From the NCBI RefSeq assembly GCF_006345805.1, contig NC_042997.1, positions 153,140,001-153,204,000 on the forward strand: a DNA stretch of 64,000 bases, given 5' to 3'. Both the position numbers and the translations under genes were made by a program. Origin of the DNA: Octopus sinensis (taxonomy: Eukaryota). Positions 38,151 through 50,929 of the stretch are shown here, piece after piece (position 1 is the stretch's first letter; each line of letters starts with the position of its first letter). The notes under the pieces were generated by a model. The model was not told where the DNA came from, did not search any database, and saw nothing but the letters and a program-made list of their open reading frames with translations.

Positions 38151-38567
38151 AATATCTCTTTATCACAGTGAGTGAGAGAAGGAGAAACAGAGACAAAGAG
38201 AGAGAGAGAGAGAGAGAGAGAGGGCATCAAATTATAAATTTTCTTGTTCCTTTCGTTTTCAGTATTTGGTTTGATATCCGCTCAGTTTAAAAGAGAAGTT
38301 TAAAAAATGATTTTCACACTTTGAGTGCAAAGTGGGAATTCAATGAAAAAAATACAGGCATTTTATAACCTGATACAGCCATTTAGTTTGAAGTTGATTT
38401 ATCGCTGACAACGCTCAGGTAAGATTGTATGCAAACTTCTGGTATTTCGTTTCTTTTTTCTTTTTTGTGAGGGAGGATTTTTTTTGCAATTTTTGAAATT
38501 AAGAAGAGGGAACACAATATATAACAGATAATAAATAAACTTTATTCTCGGTTATCAAACAAGTTAC

Positions 38568-38821
38568 CTAGACAGAGTAATTTCTGTTGCTGCCAGGTGT
38601 TATTTTGGTAAATAGCATCCAGTAAAGAGAATATGACACTTTGATTGCAGCTTGCTTGAGGAAGAAAATGATTAGAAACAACATTTTCTTGAGAAAAGGT
38701 GATGAAAGTAAGAGTAAAATGCCATTATCGATTGTAATATTTGCTTCTACTCCATTTCTGGAGCATTCAAGTTCATAAAAGACGTCGTATTCTTTCGAAT
38801 TATCTCTTTTAATAAGGTTCA
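38568..38821 (-). pseudogene. Locus C, ATD-S1 junction-like exon ending in TAG|GT
   Basis: Only one frame is open over 254 bp, bounded exactly by AG (phase 1, after a long CT-rich tract) and GTAACT. Reads NLIKRD...RNGVEANITIDNGILLLLSSPF...WMLFTKITPGSNRNYSV*. Confidence 0.5.
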
Positions 38822-38840
38822 CTTATTAAGTGAAGAAAGA

Positions 38841-38876
<36 letters not shown>

Positions 38877-39444
38877 AGAAAAGAAAGAGAAAAAGAAAGA
38901 GAAAAAGAAAGAGAAAAAGAAAGAAGAAAAAAGAGAAAGACGGGCACAGATGATAAGGTGTGTTGTGTGTGTGTGTGAGCGCGCGAGCAAGGGATAAAGA
39001 ACTACCGAAACCCGCAGACGCTGTGAAAATGAAACATCAAATACTATCTCAGTGCTAGAAAAATCTCCACAACAAACAATTCCTTATCGATTTTACTTAG
39101 TGCTTAAAACAAGACACATTTCGTGAAAAGAGAACCGCGGCTTACACACTCATATATAGATTTGTACATATTACACGTCATATATAAATATGTACATATT
39201 CAAATTTATATATATCTAAATGCACATGCACATACGTGCGTTTGTATTTAACGATGGGTAGATTGATAGATATAGATACAGTCATTTTAACGATGAGTCT
39301 CCGAGCGAGTAAAGCCATAAATATTGGGTAATATTGGATGAACATGGCCGAAAGGTTTTAAAACCCAATATATTACAAGCAATTATTTACAGCTATATGT
39401 GCTCCAAATTCACCGTTAAAAGAGTTCTCACATTTCAATTATAT

Positions 39445-39745
39445 AGGTGTGTGGCACCTTGGGCAAGTGCTTTCTACTTGTGAGTAGATTTCGTCGATGG
39501 AAACTGAAAAAAGCCCGTCGCATATATATATATATGTGTGTGTGTCTGTGTTTGTACCCTGCCATCGCTTGACAACCGATGTCGGTGTGATTTCGTCCCC
39601 GTAACTTATCGGTTCTGTAAAAGAGATCGATTGAATAAGTACTAGGCTTACAAAGAAGAAGTCCTGGAGTCGATTTCTTCGACTAAAGACGGTGTTCTAG
39701 TATGACCCCAATGAAATGATTGAAACAAGTAAAAGAATTCAAGAA
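39445..39745 (+). mobile_element. SINE family S1, internally deleted
   Basis: gtggcaccttgggcaagtg...aagcccgtcg...gaaacaagtaaaaga. Confidence 0.8.
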
Positions 39746-39767
39746 TAAAGAATACACACACTCACAT

Positions 39768-39817
<50 letters not shown>

Positions 39818-39849
39818 TGAGAGAGAAAGCGAAAAGAGAGGTAGTCTGC

Positions 39850-40422
39850 TCCTTTTCAATGCTTCAAAGCTTGACCACTTCTTGTCAGACGTGCTTTTTT
39901 CTGCATGAACTCAAAAGTGGCTTTTGTCTGCGAGAACTGTTTGAAATTTGCATTACAAAGAGTGCAAGGGGTGGAATGTTGTTTGTCTTCTCAGATTTAT
40001 AAACATTTAAATCCCCCTTTAGGCCACTGCTGGTTTTAAATGTCATGTGATACATGGGCGCATCTGCGGGAATGGTCTCATTTTCATGCCAACTACATGA
40101 AGATGAGTTCTTAGATTTGAAGTTAAGTCATCTTTAAAAAGGCAAGCCTTACTGCACGTCGATCAACTAAAGTATGAGACTATTTCTGTGTTCAGCTGTG
40201 TGCTATCTTCCGTAGTCTTCTTTTTCTGTTTTCATTTTGCATACTCTTGTTTTTTTTTCTTCCTTCAAAATCTATTAGCCAAGTGCAGATCTTTTTCGCC
40301 ATTTATTTCTGTGACGAGCAACAGATTGAACATATCTGTACGGTATAGTCAACTTCCCAAGAATTGCTTTAGCAAGTCTTTATACCTTTTCATGTGATGG
40401 CTGTAAACCATCCATGTTTCTA
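39850..40422 (-). pseudogene. Locus C, long ATD-like exon with stops and frameshifts
   Basis: Acceptor ttctttattcag|. DLLKQFLGS*LYRTDMFNLLLVTEINGE aligns with A exons X+Y; KACLFKDDLTSNLRT aligns with the A Y|Z junction; PMYHMTFKTSSGLKGDLNV resembles the ATD-end GLtGxixF motif. Confidence 0.5.
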
Positions 40423-41354
40423 CTGAATAAAGAAGTGAGCTCTTCCTACAGCATTAAGCGTACTTTAACACTTATTTCTTGCAATATAGCTGCTCCAGTG
40501 TTCTTAGTGACGATAGAATTTTTTCTTTATGCTGTCACTTTGCGCCTGGCTGTTTATATTAATTTTTAGTATACGCATTAGCACTTCGCTAAATCATCCA
40601 TATTTTTTTTGGTAAATACATATATGCAGGCAGAGAGAATTAGCCAATCATGCGCCGTTCGAGCAGTCCTCACTGACGATGTCTACAGACATAGACAAAA
40701 CTAGATCTACTTTGGAAATCCTCGAAGGTGGTCATGGTACGGTTATGTCCCCTGTTAGCATGTGTGAATACTTTATGCGCTTTTCCTACAGCATTAAAAA
40801 TATTTTAACTCTTATTTCTATCAGTGTAGGTGCTCCGAAGCCTAAGTCATATTTAGTGACGATTGCATATATATATATATATGTGTGTGTGTGTGTACGC
40901 GCGCACCTATCGAGTATTTCTGGTTCTTGCGGGAAATAAAATCATGTTAATTCAAAGTTTTTCAAAAATAGTCTGGTCTGATATGTTATTCATGAACAAA
41001 CTACACGTATAATTTCCGTATTAATTTCTGAATATTGTCATATGTACGAATGGAAATCAGTTTGAATGTACTAAATTTGGATCATATATGCAGAAAAGGA
41101 TTTTGCCTCATTACAAGGCTATGCAAACGAATTAATATCGCTGTTGATATACTGACGGAAATAGTCATGTGAAACCGATACTTAGATCCTGATACTACTT
41201 GGTGTGGGTAAAAGTATCCAATACTGTAGTGTCACAATAACTGTAAATAAGGCATTCCTCATCTCTCCAGTCCTCTTTTCCTCGTCTGTCTCTCTTCTCT
41301 GTCTCTGTATCTCTCTCTTTCTCTCTCTCTCTTTCATTCATATTTCTTTACTAC

Positions 41355-42152
41355 CCACAATGGGCTACACACAGAGAGGACAAACAAGGACAGACAAACG
41401 GATTAAGTCGATTATATCGACCCCAGTGCGTAACTGGTACTTATTTAATCGACCCCGAAAGGATGAAAGGCAAAGTCGACCACGGCAGAATTTGAACTCA
41501 GAACGTAACGCCAGACGAAATATGGCTACGCATTTCACCCGGCGTGCTAACGTTTCTGCCAGCTCACCACCTCTTTCTTTCATTCTACCTCACTCGTGCC
41601 TTCAGACGTTTCCCCACTGTCCTCTTAGAAAAATTAGATAAAATACAGATGGAAAATAAGAACTCTTTGGTGATGGGAAACCAAATTTATTTTAAAAGAA
41701 AGTTTTGTATAATCGATTTATTAAAAGTCGAGTTTCTTGCAGTTTTTCTTCCGAGTTTTTTCCTTCCTGAGTTCAAATCTCAGCCCGGTCAAGTTTTCTC
41801 TGATCCCTCAGAGTCGATAAAATAAAGTACCTGTTAAGTATTGGATCAGATTATATCAACTAACACACCCTCCTCAAAATCGTTTACCTTGTGTCCAAAT
41901 TAGAAATCATTACGGTTTTATTGATATATTAATTACTTGGAAAGATAAACTAAATAATGTTTTCAAATGTTGGCACAAGGACAGCTAAATCGATTATATC
42001 GATTCCAGTGTTCAACTGGTACTTATTTTATCGACACCCTGAAAGGATGAAAGTCAAAGTCGATCTCGGCGGAATTAGAACTCTGAATGTAATAACAGTC
42101 GAAATGCTGCTAATCATTTTTCACAGCGTGCAAACGATTCTGCCAGCTACCA
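41355..42152. mobile_element. Three S2 SINE copies (41355-41572 minus, 41745-41905 plus partial, 41960-42152 minus)
   Basis: Match to the S2 consensus seen elsewhere in the window. Confidence 0.8.
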
Positions 42153-42716
42153 GATGAAAGATAAAATAAATAATACTAAACACTGTGGAGCAATGATTTG
42201 CGTATTATTAAACTGATTAATTCATAAACAGTCAAGCAGTTGGTTAAATAAAATTATTTGTAAGAAAAACTATTCAAATTAGTATAATGCAATTAGTATA
42301 ATTCCAGTTAGTATAATAAAGACTTGTTAAACTAGATAAAACGTTTATATTTGGAAATACCTTTCAAAATACTAAATGAATAATTAAAAGGCTGCAAATA
42401 AGCAACCATCAAAACACTGGTTCTTTTTTGTCTATGGTCTCCTTTGATTCCTATTTTACTCAGAAGAGGGGAACATTCAAAACCATTCCATGTCTAAAAT
42501 CTCCTGTTATATTTTATGTTTAAATATTACTACTAACTGTATACAAAAAAGTACAAATATTTTGTGTATTGTAGAAATATAACCAGTCTATTTCACATAC
42601 ATTTTAACAACAAAATCTTACAAAGACCAAAATCTTACAAGGACCGGGTTGAAAACTATGAATTTGAAATATGATTTAATGTTAACAGACGTTTCTAAAC
42701 TCGTTTGCAAGTAGTT

Positions 42717-42748
<32 letters not shown>

Positions 42749-43042
42749 ATATATATAATATATATATATATATAAAGCCGGTGTTTTCAAACCAATGATT
42801 AGCTTTTTGCGGAAACCATGGTTCGCTTTGTTTTCTGACTTTATTATCATCTTATAATCATCTCATAATAATTACTTTTATGACTCATATGGCTACCTCA
42901 ACCATCTAAATGTATATATTTGTCGTTACCTGTCATAAAAAGCCTTTTTTTTATTTGCAATGTGCATTTGCGTTGATTTTTCATATTTTACCCTTACATT
43001 TCCACGTGTATTTTATATTTTCTTTTTGTAACATATTTCTAC

Positions 43043-43086
<44 letters not shown>

Positions 43087-43161
43087 TATGCACACATACA
43101 TACAAGCATACATATATGTATATAAATACATACGTATCTATCTATCTATATATTTATATAT

Positions 43162-43197
<36 letters not shown>

Positions 43198-43638
43198 CAC
43201 GCATATATATATAAATGCATATATATTTATACATATATATTTATAAATACATACATATATAAATATACATACACACATACATACATACATACATACACAC
43301 AAATAGATATGACTGCAAGCTCGAATACATTGATCCAAAATGATGACTAAGAGAAAATCTATGTACTTCTAACGTCGTTTTTAGTTTTTATACCCGTTAC
43401 CGATGAATACGAATATGACTACTGCAATTTTCCATTATGGATATCTGAGTTATTTGTATGAAACACATTTTATAGCAACATGAAAAATAAAAACTATTAT
43501 CCATTTTAACATCTAATCTCCGCCATTACATAAATATGAATGAATTTGCTAAACTGTATTTGGTAAGTTAAATCATATACTGATTATTTATTCACAAACA
43601 CGCGCACACACACAAAACACACACGCACGCACGCACAC

Positions 43639-43703
<65 letters not shown>

Positions 43704-43919
43704 TTTTTTATTAAAATATATTAACTGAACATAAATGATAAAAGCACTTTCCCTCCGTCATGCGCATAAAGACAAACATGCTTATACATATAAACAGACA
43801 GAGAAAACAGGATACAATACAATGTCTGATGTTAAACCAACGATGCCAAACACGCAAGGGTACATATGCGTTCGTTAATATGTAATTACTTTATTTGCAG
43901 CAAAATCATATTTATAGAC

Positions 43920-44285
43920 GCAGGAATGGGTGTGTGGTAAGAAGCTTGCTTCCCAACCACATGGTTCCGAGTTCAGTCCCACTGCTTGGCATCTTGGGCA
44001 AGTGTCTTCTACTATAACCTCGGCCGACCAAAGCCTTGTGAGTGGATTCGTTAGACGGAAACTGAAAGAAGATCGTTACGTATGTGTGTTTGTGTGTCTG
44101 TCCCCACCCCTCATCGCTTGAAAACTGATGTTGATGTGTTTACGTCCCCGTAACCTAGTGTTTCGGGGATAGAGACCGATACAATAAGTACTAGATTTAC
44201 AAAGAATAAGTCCTGGGGTCGATTCTAAAGACGGTACTCCAGTATAGCCGCAGTCAAATGACTGAAACAAGTAAAAGGATAAAAT
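43920..44285 (+). mobile_element. SINE family S1, full length
   Basis: gtgtggtaagaagcttgcttcccaaccacatggttccgagttcagtcccactg...gtcaaatgactgaaacaagtaaaagg. Confidence 0.9.
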
Positions 44286-44294
44286 AATCTATAT

Positions 44295-44640
44295 ACATAA
44301 ATGATAATTTCTGTCTGTCTGTGGCTGTGTATGTTTGTGAATTTGTGACTTAACTCCTCCGAGACTATCCAACCAATTTTGATGAAACTTGTGTGGAGCT
44401 TATGTCCATGCGGTGACTTACGCACTTGGAATTTCAAAAAATGGATAATTTTAATCAGCATCGATTTTTCAAAAATCAATTGGACATTTCAATGCAAATT
44501 CCCATATGAATGTTATTTTCTGCCATAACTTTTAAAGTTTTCAACCGATTTTCTTGAAATCTAATACACTATGCAATATGCGCTAAGGATGGGTTGAGAT
44601 AAATAAATTTACCTAGGCAATTCAAGCAAAGTGTAAGATG
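44295..44640 (+). mobile_element. Possible DINE-1/HINE-like non-autonomous Helitron relative
   Basis: Starts with (CTGT)n and contains ccaattttgatgaaactt and ccgattttcttgaaat, motifs typical of such elements. Ends not resolved. Confidence 0.35.
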
Positions 44641-45261
44641 ATTTTTGATTAACTGATTAACGAAATTTGGCCTAAATTGTTGTGAGATTAAAATGTTCAT
44701 CAATTATTTCAGCATTCTCAGGTTGTTGTAACATGTATTTTCTTAACACCTGCACTTAAAATTATCGATTCTAAACATTGCAGCGTTTTGTGCTAAAACA
44801 TGTAGCATGTCTTTTCTTAACACCTGAACTTTAAATTGTCGGTTCTAACCGTTGCAATCGATATTTGATTTTCACGATCAGTAGAACTATACCCATGAAA
44901 CACAGTCGTCAAATTAAGAGCCTTTTCTCTAAATAATGTTTTGTTTACTTTTGAAACTTTTATGTTCTTTTTTTTTCATACCACACCTTTACAATTCCCT
45001 TCTTGATGTTTCCATTGATTATATATTTGCAGTTTTCCATTCATATGAACAAACAATTCGTTTTCCAATTCCACACGTATTTATTAGTATTATTGTTTCG
45101 TAAATGAATTTGCTTACGCCTTCTATTATCTGTCCCATGTCTTTATTTCATTTTTCGTCTGAGAGAAAGTAGGCATTGTAATAAGTACTGGAAATATCGC
45201 CACTCCTGGGTATTACCGAGTACTTCAGTTAGAAAAACGATATCGAAAGCTTAACAGTAAA

Positions 45262-45477
45262 TATTGGTTTCAAATTTTGACACAAGGCCTGTAAATTCGA
45301 GGGAGGAGTAAGTCGATTACATCGACACCAGTGCTCAACTGGTATTTATTTCATTGACCCCGAAAGGATAAAACGTATAGTCACCTCGGCAGAATTTGAA
45401 CTCAAAACATAAAGGCAGACGAAATGCCGCTAAGCATGTGCCCGGCTTCCTAATGATTCTGCCAGCTCACCGCCTTA
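45262..45477 (-). mobile_element. SINE family S2, full length
   Basis: Reverse complement of aaggcggtgagctggcagaatcattagg...gagttcaaattctgccgagg. Confidence 0.85.
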
Positions 45478-46114
45478 TATATCAATAAATATCAACAAAC
45501 ATACCATATACTTTCGCAAAATGAAATCTTTCAATTGTCACTCTATAAAACAATCTAAGAAATACATCTGCAACAGACTTCCGGGTAGTCAAAATAGGAT
45601 AGTTCTCAACAGAACACAATATAATTAACATCTTTTAACAATCCACAATTATATTCTGGAATTTTTTTCAAGCATTTCAGTTAACAGTGATAAAAGTCTA
45701 AGTGAATTTGATGATAAAAACCACTCGACGCTGTATCGGTCACCGAGAAACGTTAAATGCTTGTTTGTTTTACGAGTGTATATTCTTAGTTATATATGGA
45801 AAATTCTGTTACAAAAGGTCAACTGAAGCTGAGTACGAGATTAGACACGCAAAGCAGATATAAATCAAACCGTTAATGTCCATATTGAAATATTTGTGTC
45901 ATTGGGACAGTCCTTACTCTATATCATAAAATGTCACATATTTCGTATATGAATATTTGCAAGACTGCATGCACCACACAGGCACACACCCATTCACACA
46001 CACACACACACACACACACATACATATTTGTATATATATATATATTTGTGCATGCATGCATGTGTATATATATGTGTGTGTGTGTGTGTGTGTATTTCTA
46101 TATAAAAATATATA

Positions 46115-46435
46115 CATGTGGTAAGTAGCTTGCTTACCAACCATATGGTTCCGGGTTCAGTCCCACTGCGTGGCACCTTGTCAAGTGTCTTCTACTATAG
46201 CCTCGAGCCGACCAAAGCCTTGTGAGTGGATTTGGTAGACGGAAACTGAAAGAAGCCCGAGGTATATATGTATATGTATGTATATATATATGTATGTGTG
46301 TGTTTGTGTGTCTGTGTTTGTCCCCAACATCGCTTGACAACCGATTATGGTGTGTTTACGTCCCCGTAAATTAGCGGTTCGGCAAAAGAGACCGATAGAA
46401 TAAGTACTAGGCTTACAGAGAATAAGTCCTGGAGT
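46115..46435 (+). mobile_element. SINE family S1
   Basis: gtggtaagtagcttgcttaccaaccatatggttccgggttcagtcccactgcgtggcacc... Confidence 0.9.
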
Positions 46436-47059
46436 TGCATGAAACGACCGTACTGCATTACCTCTGGATATCAGTGTTGCTTATTTTGATTTTAATTACC
46501 TTACTTTGAAATTGTATGCATAATACCGTACTAAATTCTAGTGCCTCAACTTAAGTATCATATTGATCTGAATTAAACATTTTTTGCTGAACTAATCTAC
46601 CATACCCAAAGTATATAAATATATATGTGTGTGTGTGTGGTGTGTATGTATGTATCATTCAACCACTACCGTGGTTGAATATATTTTAAGTCCACCATTT
46701 CGTCAATCGCTGCAGCTTCGAAGCTTCACCACTAAATTGAAAACAGTTTTGAAGAGAGCACCTCCTCAGCTACACTTTGGCATAAATAGTTTGAGATTTG
46801 GTTCAATAGAACAAAAGTTACATCAAAATATGTGGGGCTAAAAGTTGGCAGTAAAAGTATGTATGTATGTATGTATGTATGTATGTATGTATATATATAT
46901 ATATATATAGAGAGAGGAGAGAGAGAGAAAGAGAGAGATAGAGGTGTAGTTACATGTGAGCTGAATGAGATATTTATGTGTGTGTTTATGTTTGTGTGTA
47001 TGTATATAAATGTGCATGGATACGCATTTATATGTGTGCGCATATATGAGTATATCTTT

Positions 47060-49430
47060 GCATATGTGTGTATATAGTTGAAAGATACAGAAAATTAAAA
47101 GACGAAGACAGGTGTATAAACAACAAGCAGGGGTATAGTTTGAGGCTCGGAAATGTGAGGAAGTCTTCTACGTTTCGAGCTTACGCTCTTCAACAGAAAG
47201 GAACACAAAAGGAAATAAATAGAAAGAGAATAAAAAAAACTTGTGGATTTAGCGATCAATCACGGCAACTGGTTTGAAAAAAGCTAGTTGGACAGGAGAG
47301 TTAGGAAGAAGGGGAGACAATAAAGTGCTGGTGATCCCAAAACGAAGGTGCGCGTCGTAAGTATGTGAGAGTGTGTAAGTATGTATGGATAGGGGCTTGT
47401 GACTTTGACGTGTGGATGTGTGTCTAAGTGTGTGCGTCTGTAATGTGTGGGTGTGTGGAGGATGGCGTCTGAGTATGCGGATTATGGTGGATGAGTGTGC
47501 AGGTGATGGTATGTGGGTGCTGGGAAGTGATCATTGCTAGTATGAGTGGAGTGGTATGGAGTGGGGTGATGTGGTGTGGTGGTGCGTAGTGTGGTCTGAC
47601 GGTGTGGGAATGTGAGGTTGGGGTGCGGGTTTGGGGTGACGATGTTGTAGTGGGGTGAGGTTGTGGGAGTAAGGGTGGTGTATGTGGTAGTGGGTGAGGA
47701 TGGAGGGGATATCAATGAAGTGAGAAGGTCGGTAGAAATGAAGAGGGAAAGTATGTGTCAGGGCAAAAGAGGAGAGCAGAGGTGGATAAGAGTGAAAAGA
47801 GGAAGTAGGTATCAGGTCAAGAGAGTAGAGGAGGGTAGTCAGATGAAGAGGGCAGCTGGAGTTGAGCCCATATGGCGCAAAGGGGCGGAGGGATTAATAC
47901 CTATTCACGACGAAGACGGGAGTCCAGATGGCCCCTGTGCAAAGACAACCCGAACACAAGCAGGTGTTGTAATGAATGACCGATAGAGCGGAAATGGTGC
48001 GAGACTGGGATGTCATTGCCGAGTCTAATGTCTCGGAGTTGCTCCGCGAACCAGTCAGCCAAGCGGCGTCTCGTTAGCCGAGGGCAGAAAGAGCAGGAGA
48101 TACAGTAAATGACGTTGCTAGAAGCGCAGGTAAAGGAGTCCGTATTATACGGATGATGATAGATGCCTGTGAGGCCGGAGGTATTGGAGGAGCAAGTGCG
48201 GCAGTGTGGGCGGGAGCAGGGGAACGAACCAGGTTCGGAGGAGGGGTTAGGTAAGAAATTGTGGACCAGGAGGCCACGTAGGTTATGGGCTCGTTTGAAG
48301 GAGGGAAGGGGTAGGTTTGGGAAGATGTGCGAAGTGGAGGAGTTGGACTGGAGTTGCCAGAATGCTCGGAGAATAATGCGTTAGAGGGGTGGTGGGTGAG
48401 GTGAAGCTGGAGACGCGTAATGGCGAGACGGGTGCAGAAAGAGAACGTGTTCTGGCAAGGGCTGAGCGGAAGAGAACGTGCTATGGCAAGGGCTGAGTGG
48501 ATAGGGGTGAGGGGATATCCACGAAGTATTTGGTAAGCCATGAGATGAGACTGAGTCTCAAAATCATGGTTGTCACTGCAGAGCCTGCGCAGACGGAGGA
48601 ATTAGGAGTAGGGTATGGAGAACTTGTTATGGGTAGGGTGGGAGGAGGAGAAGTTGAAGTATGAGTGTGAGTCGGTGCGTTTCTAGTGGATGGAGGTAGT
48701 GAGAGCAGAGTTGGGTATGTTGACCGAAATGTCGAGAAAGGCGACGGAAGTGTTTGAAATAGTGCAGGAGAATTCGAGGGCAGGGTAGCAGGATTGGACA
48801 AAAGAGAGGAAGGAGTCTAGTTATTCGTGGGAGAGCGAGGTCGTACCGATACAGTCATAAATACAACGACCGTATAGTTCGGGAGTGGGACCAGTGAATC
48901 CTGAAAATATTTGGGCCTCAGCGTAGCCAACAAACAGGTTCGCATATATGGTGCCCATTCTTGTACCCATGGTCACTCCCGAGTCGAAGGTTTAGGAAGT
49001 GTTTGATTGCCAGAAGTCCTTCGTTGTTTGGGATCACCGTATATGGACTCTTGATATCAAGAGTGAAGAGAAACTTAGAGGAGGCAGGAGGGAAGGAGAA
49101 AGAATTTAAAAGACAGAGAGCAAGGTTAGTGTCGTGGATGTGGGAGAGGGGGGAAGCCACTATGGAGGCAAAGGACAAAGTCAAGGTACTTTGAGATCAT
49201 TTCCGTGGGGCAGTTACAGGCGGAGACGACGGGGCGGCCAGACTTGTTCGGTTTCTGGGTTTGGGGAAGGAAGTAAATGGTGAGAGTGCTTGGAGTGTGG
49301 ACAATAAGGTTGGAGGCCGTGGGAGGGAGATGGAAAGAGGAGATGATTTCATGGATAGGGGAAGACACAGTTTGTTGGCAGCTAGGTGTGGGGTTGTATG
49401 TCAGAGGCGAAACACAGCCAAATCCCATAT
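47060..49430 (-). mobile_element. Penelope-like element: RT and GIY-YIG (disabled), long 3' region and pLTR with hammerhead motif (47164-47201)
   Basis: LPQTQKPNKSGRPVVSACNCPTEMISKYLD, FTLDIKSPYTVIP, GVTMGTRMG, DSFTCASSNVIYCISC...RRLADWFAEQLRDI, then the terminal pLTR. Confidence 0.9.
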
Positions 49431-49699
49431 ATAGATTCACAAAGCCCCAAAACCTCAGATCTGTTTGTCAACGAATACAAGAAATTTCTCCAGAAAATTT
49501 AGCAAAGAGGGTTTTTTTTAAAATCTCCCAACCTAAGTTTACAAAGAACTTACTAGATCTACGAACTAAAGAGTAAAATTTATATTATTAAAAACTAATA
49601 AACTGATTAGAACTACCAGTGAAATCATTCTTATTTTCTCAAATACACCTAATTGTACCAAGGATGTCACATTGTCCATTATAAATATCTACATATAAA

Positions 49700-49744
<45 letters not shown>

Positions 49745-49764
49745 AGTGTGTGTATGTATATATT

Positions 49765-49797
<33 letters not shown>

Positions 49798-49851
49798 GTA
49801 TGTAAGTGTGTGTATGTATATATTTATATATATATATATATAATATATATA

Positions 49852-49930
<79 letters not shown>

Positions 49931-49938
49931 ATATATAT

Positions 49939-49980
<42 letters not shown>

Positions 49981-49996
49981 AGTGTGTGTATGTATA

Positions 49997-50084
<88 letters not shown>

Positions 50085-50929
50085 ATATATATATGTTTTG
50101 ATTATTACAGTTTGAATTACACTATTTCGTTATTTGAAGCTTTCTGTATATAGGGTAGTGTTAAAGTAACACTCAGGTGAGAATTCAACACCAGAAAAAC
50201 TGATGTCTCACTGTCGAAATCTAATTAACCTTTAGATTTTCAGATTTTTTCAAAGGTACTTAATTTTCGATGATTTTGTGAATAATTTCAGTGTGTATAT
50301 AAACACATTGCTTTCTCTCTCTTTCACACAAGCACATCATATTAAACTGTTTCCATTGCTTTTGAAGTTTTATGATATAAATGTACAAACGTGTATGTAT
50401 GTGTGAGTATGTATCTGTGTACGTATGTAATTTATATGTGCATATTGTATATATTTAGAGAGAGTGAAAGAGGAAGAAAGAAAAATAGAAGGAAACACAG
50501 ACAGCTGTGTGTATGTGTGTGAGAGTGTGAGTGTGTGCATGTGTGTGTGTGTGTGTGTATGCATGTACGGATTTATATACAAATACAAACACATGCGCTG
50601 ATCGAATTAACTTCATGTGTCTAGGCACGCACTTACACTGCAAACGAATGTACAACCAAAATATAAGGAAGATTGAGTTTGGATAACTATATCATTTCTG
50701 TGAGACAGTTGACGATAAAAGTATTATAATATTGATTTGAAACTGAGGGATTTATTCATGTATGAACACACAAACAACGAAATGAATACAGTAATATCGT
50801 ACTTAATAATATATGACTAGCTCTGCAAGGACAGATAAAAAGCGAAAATATAATTTATAAAAGTGATTAATGCAACCTATTTGTTATCATGAATAAATAT
50901 GAATATATTACGAAAATAAAAGCATGCTT

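Noticed and set aside
38568-38700. Reading SLYWMLFTKITPG as an iGluR M2 pore loop
   Set aside because: The exon is positionally paralogous to the A and B S1-start exons and is too short to hold S1, M1 and M2.
39280-39375. Hammerhead-like words (gatgagtct, ggccgaaag)
   Set aside because: Core and stems cannot be assembled.
47480-47720. G-rich tract suggesting a G-quadruplex or telomere-like repeat
   Set aside because: It is the AC-rich 3' region of the PLE read on the opposite strand; no TTAGGG array is present.
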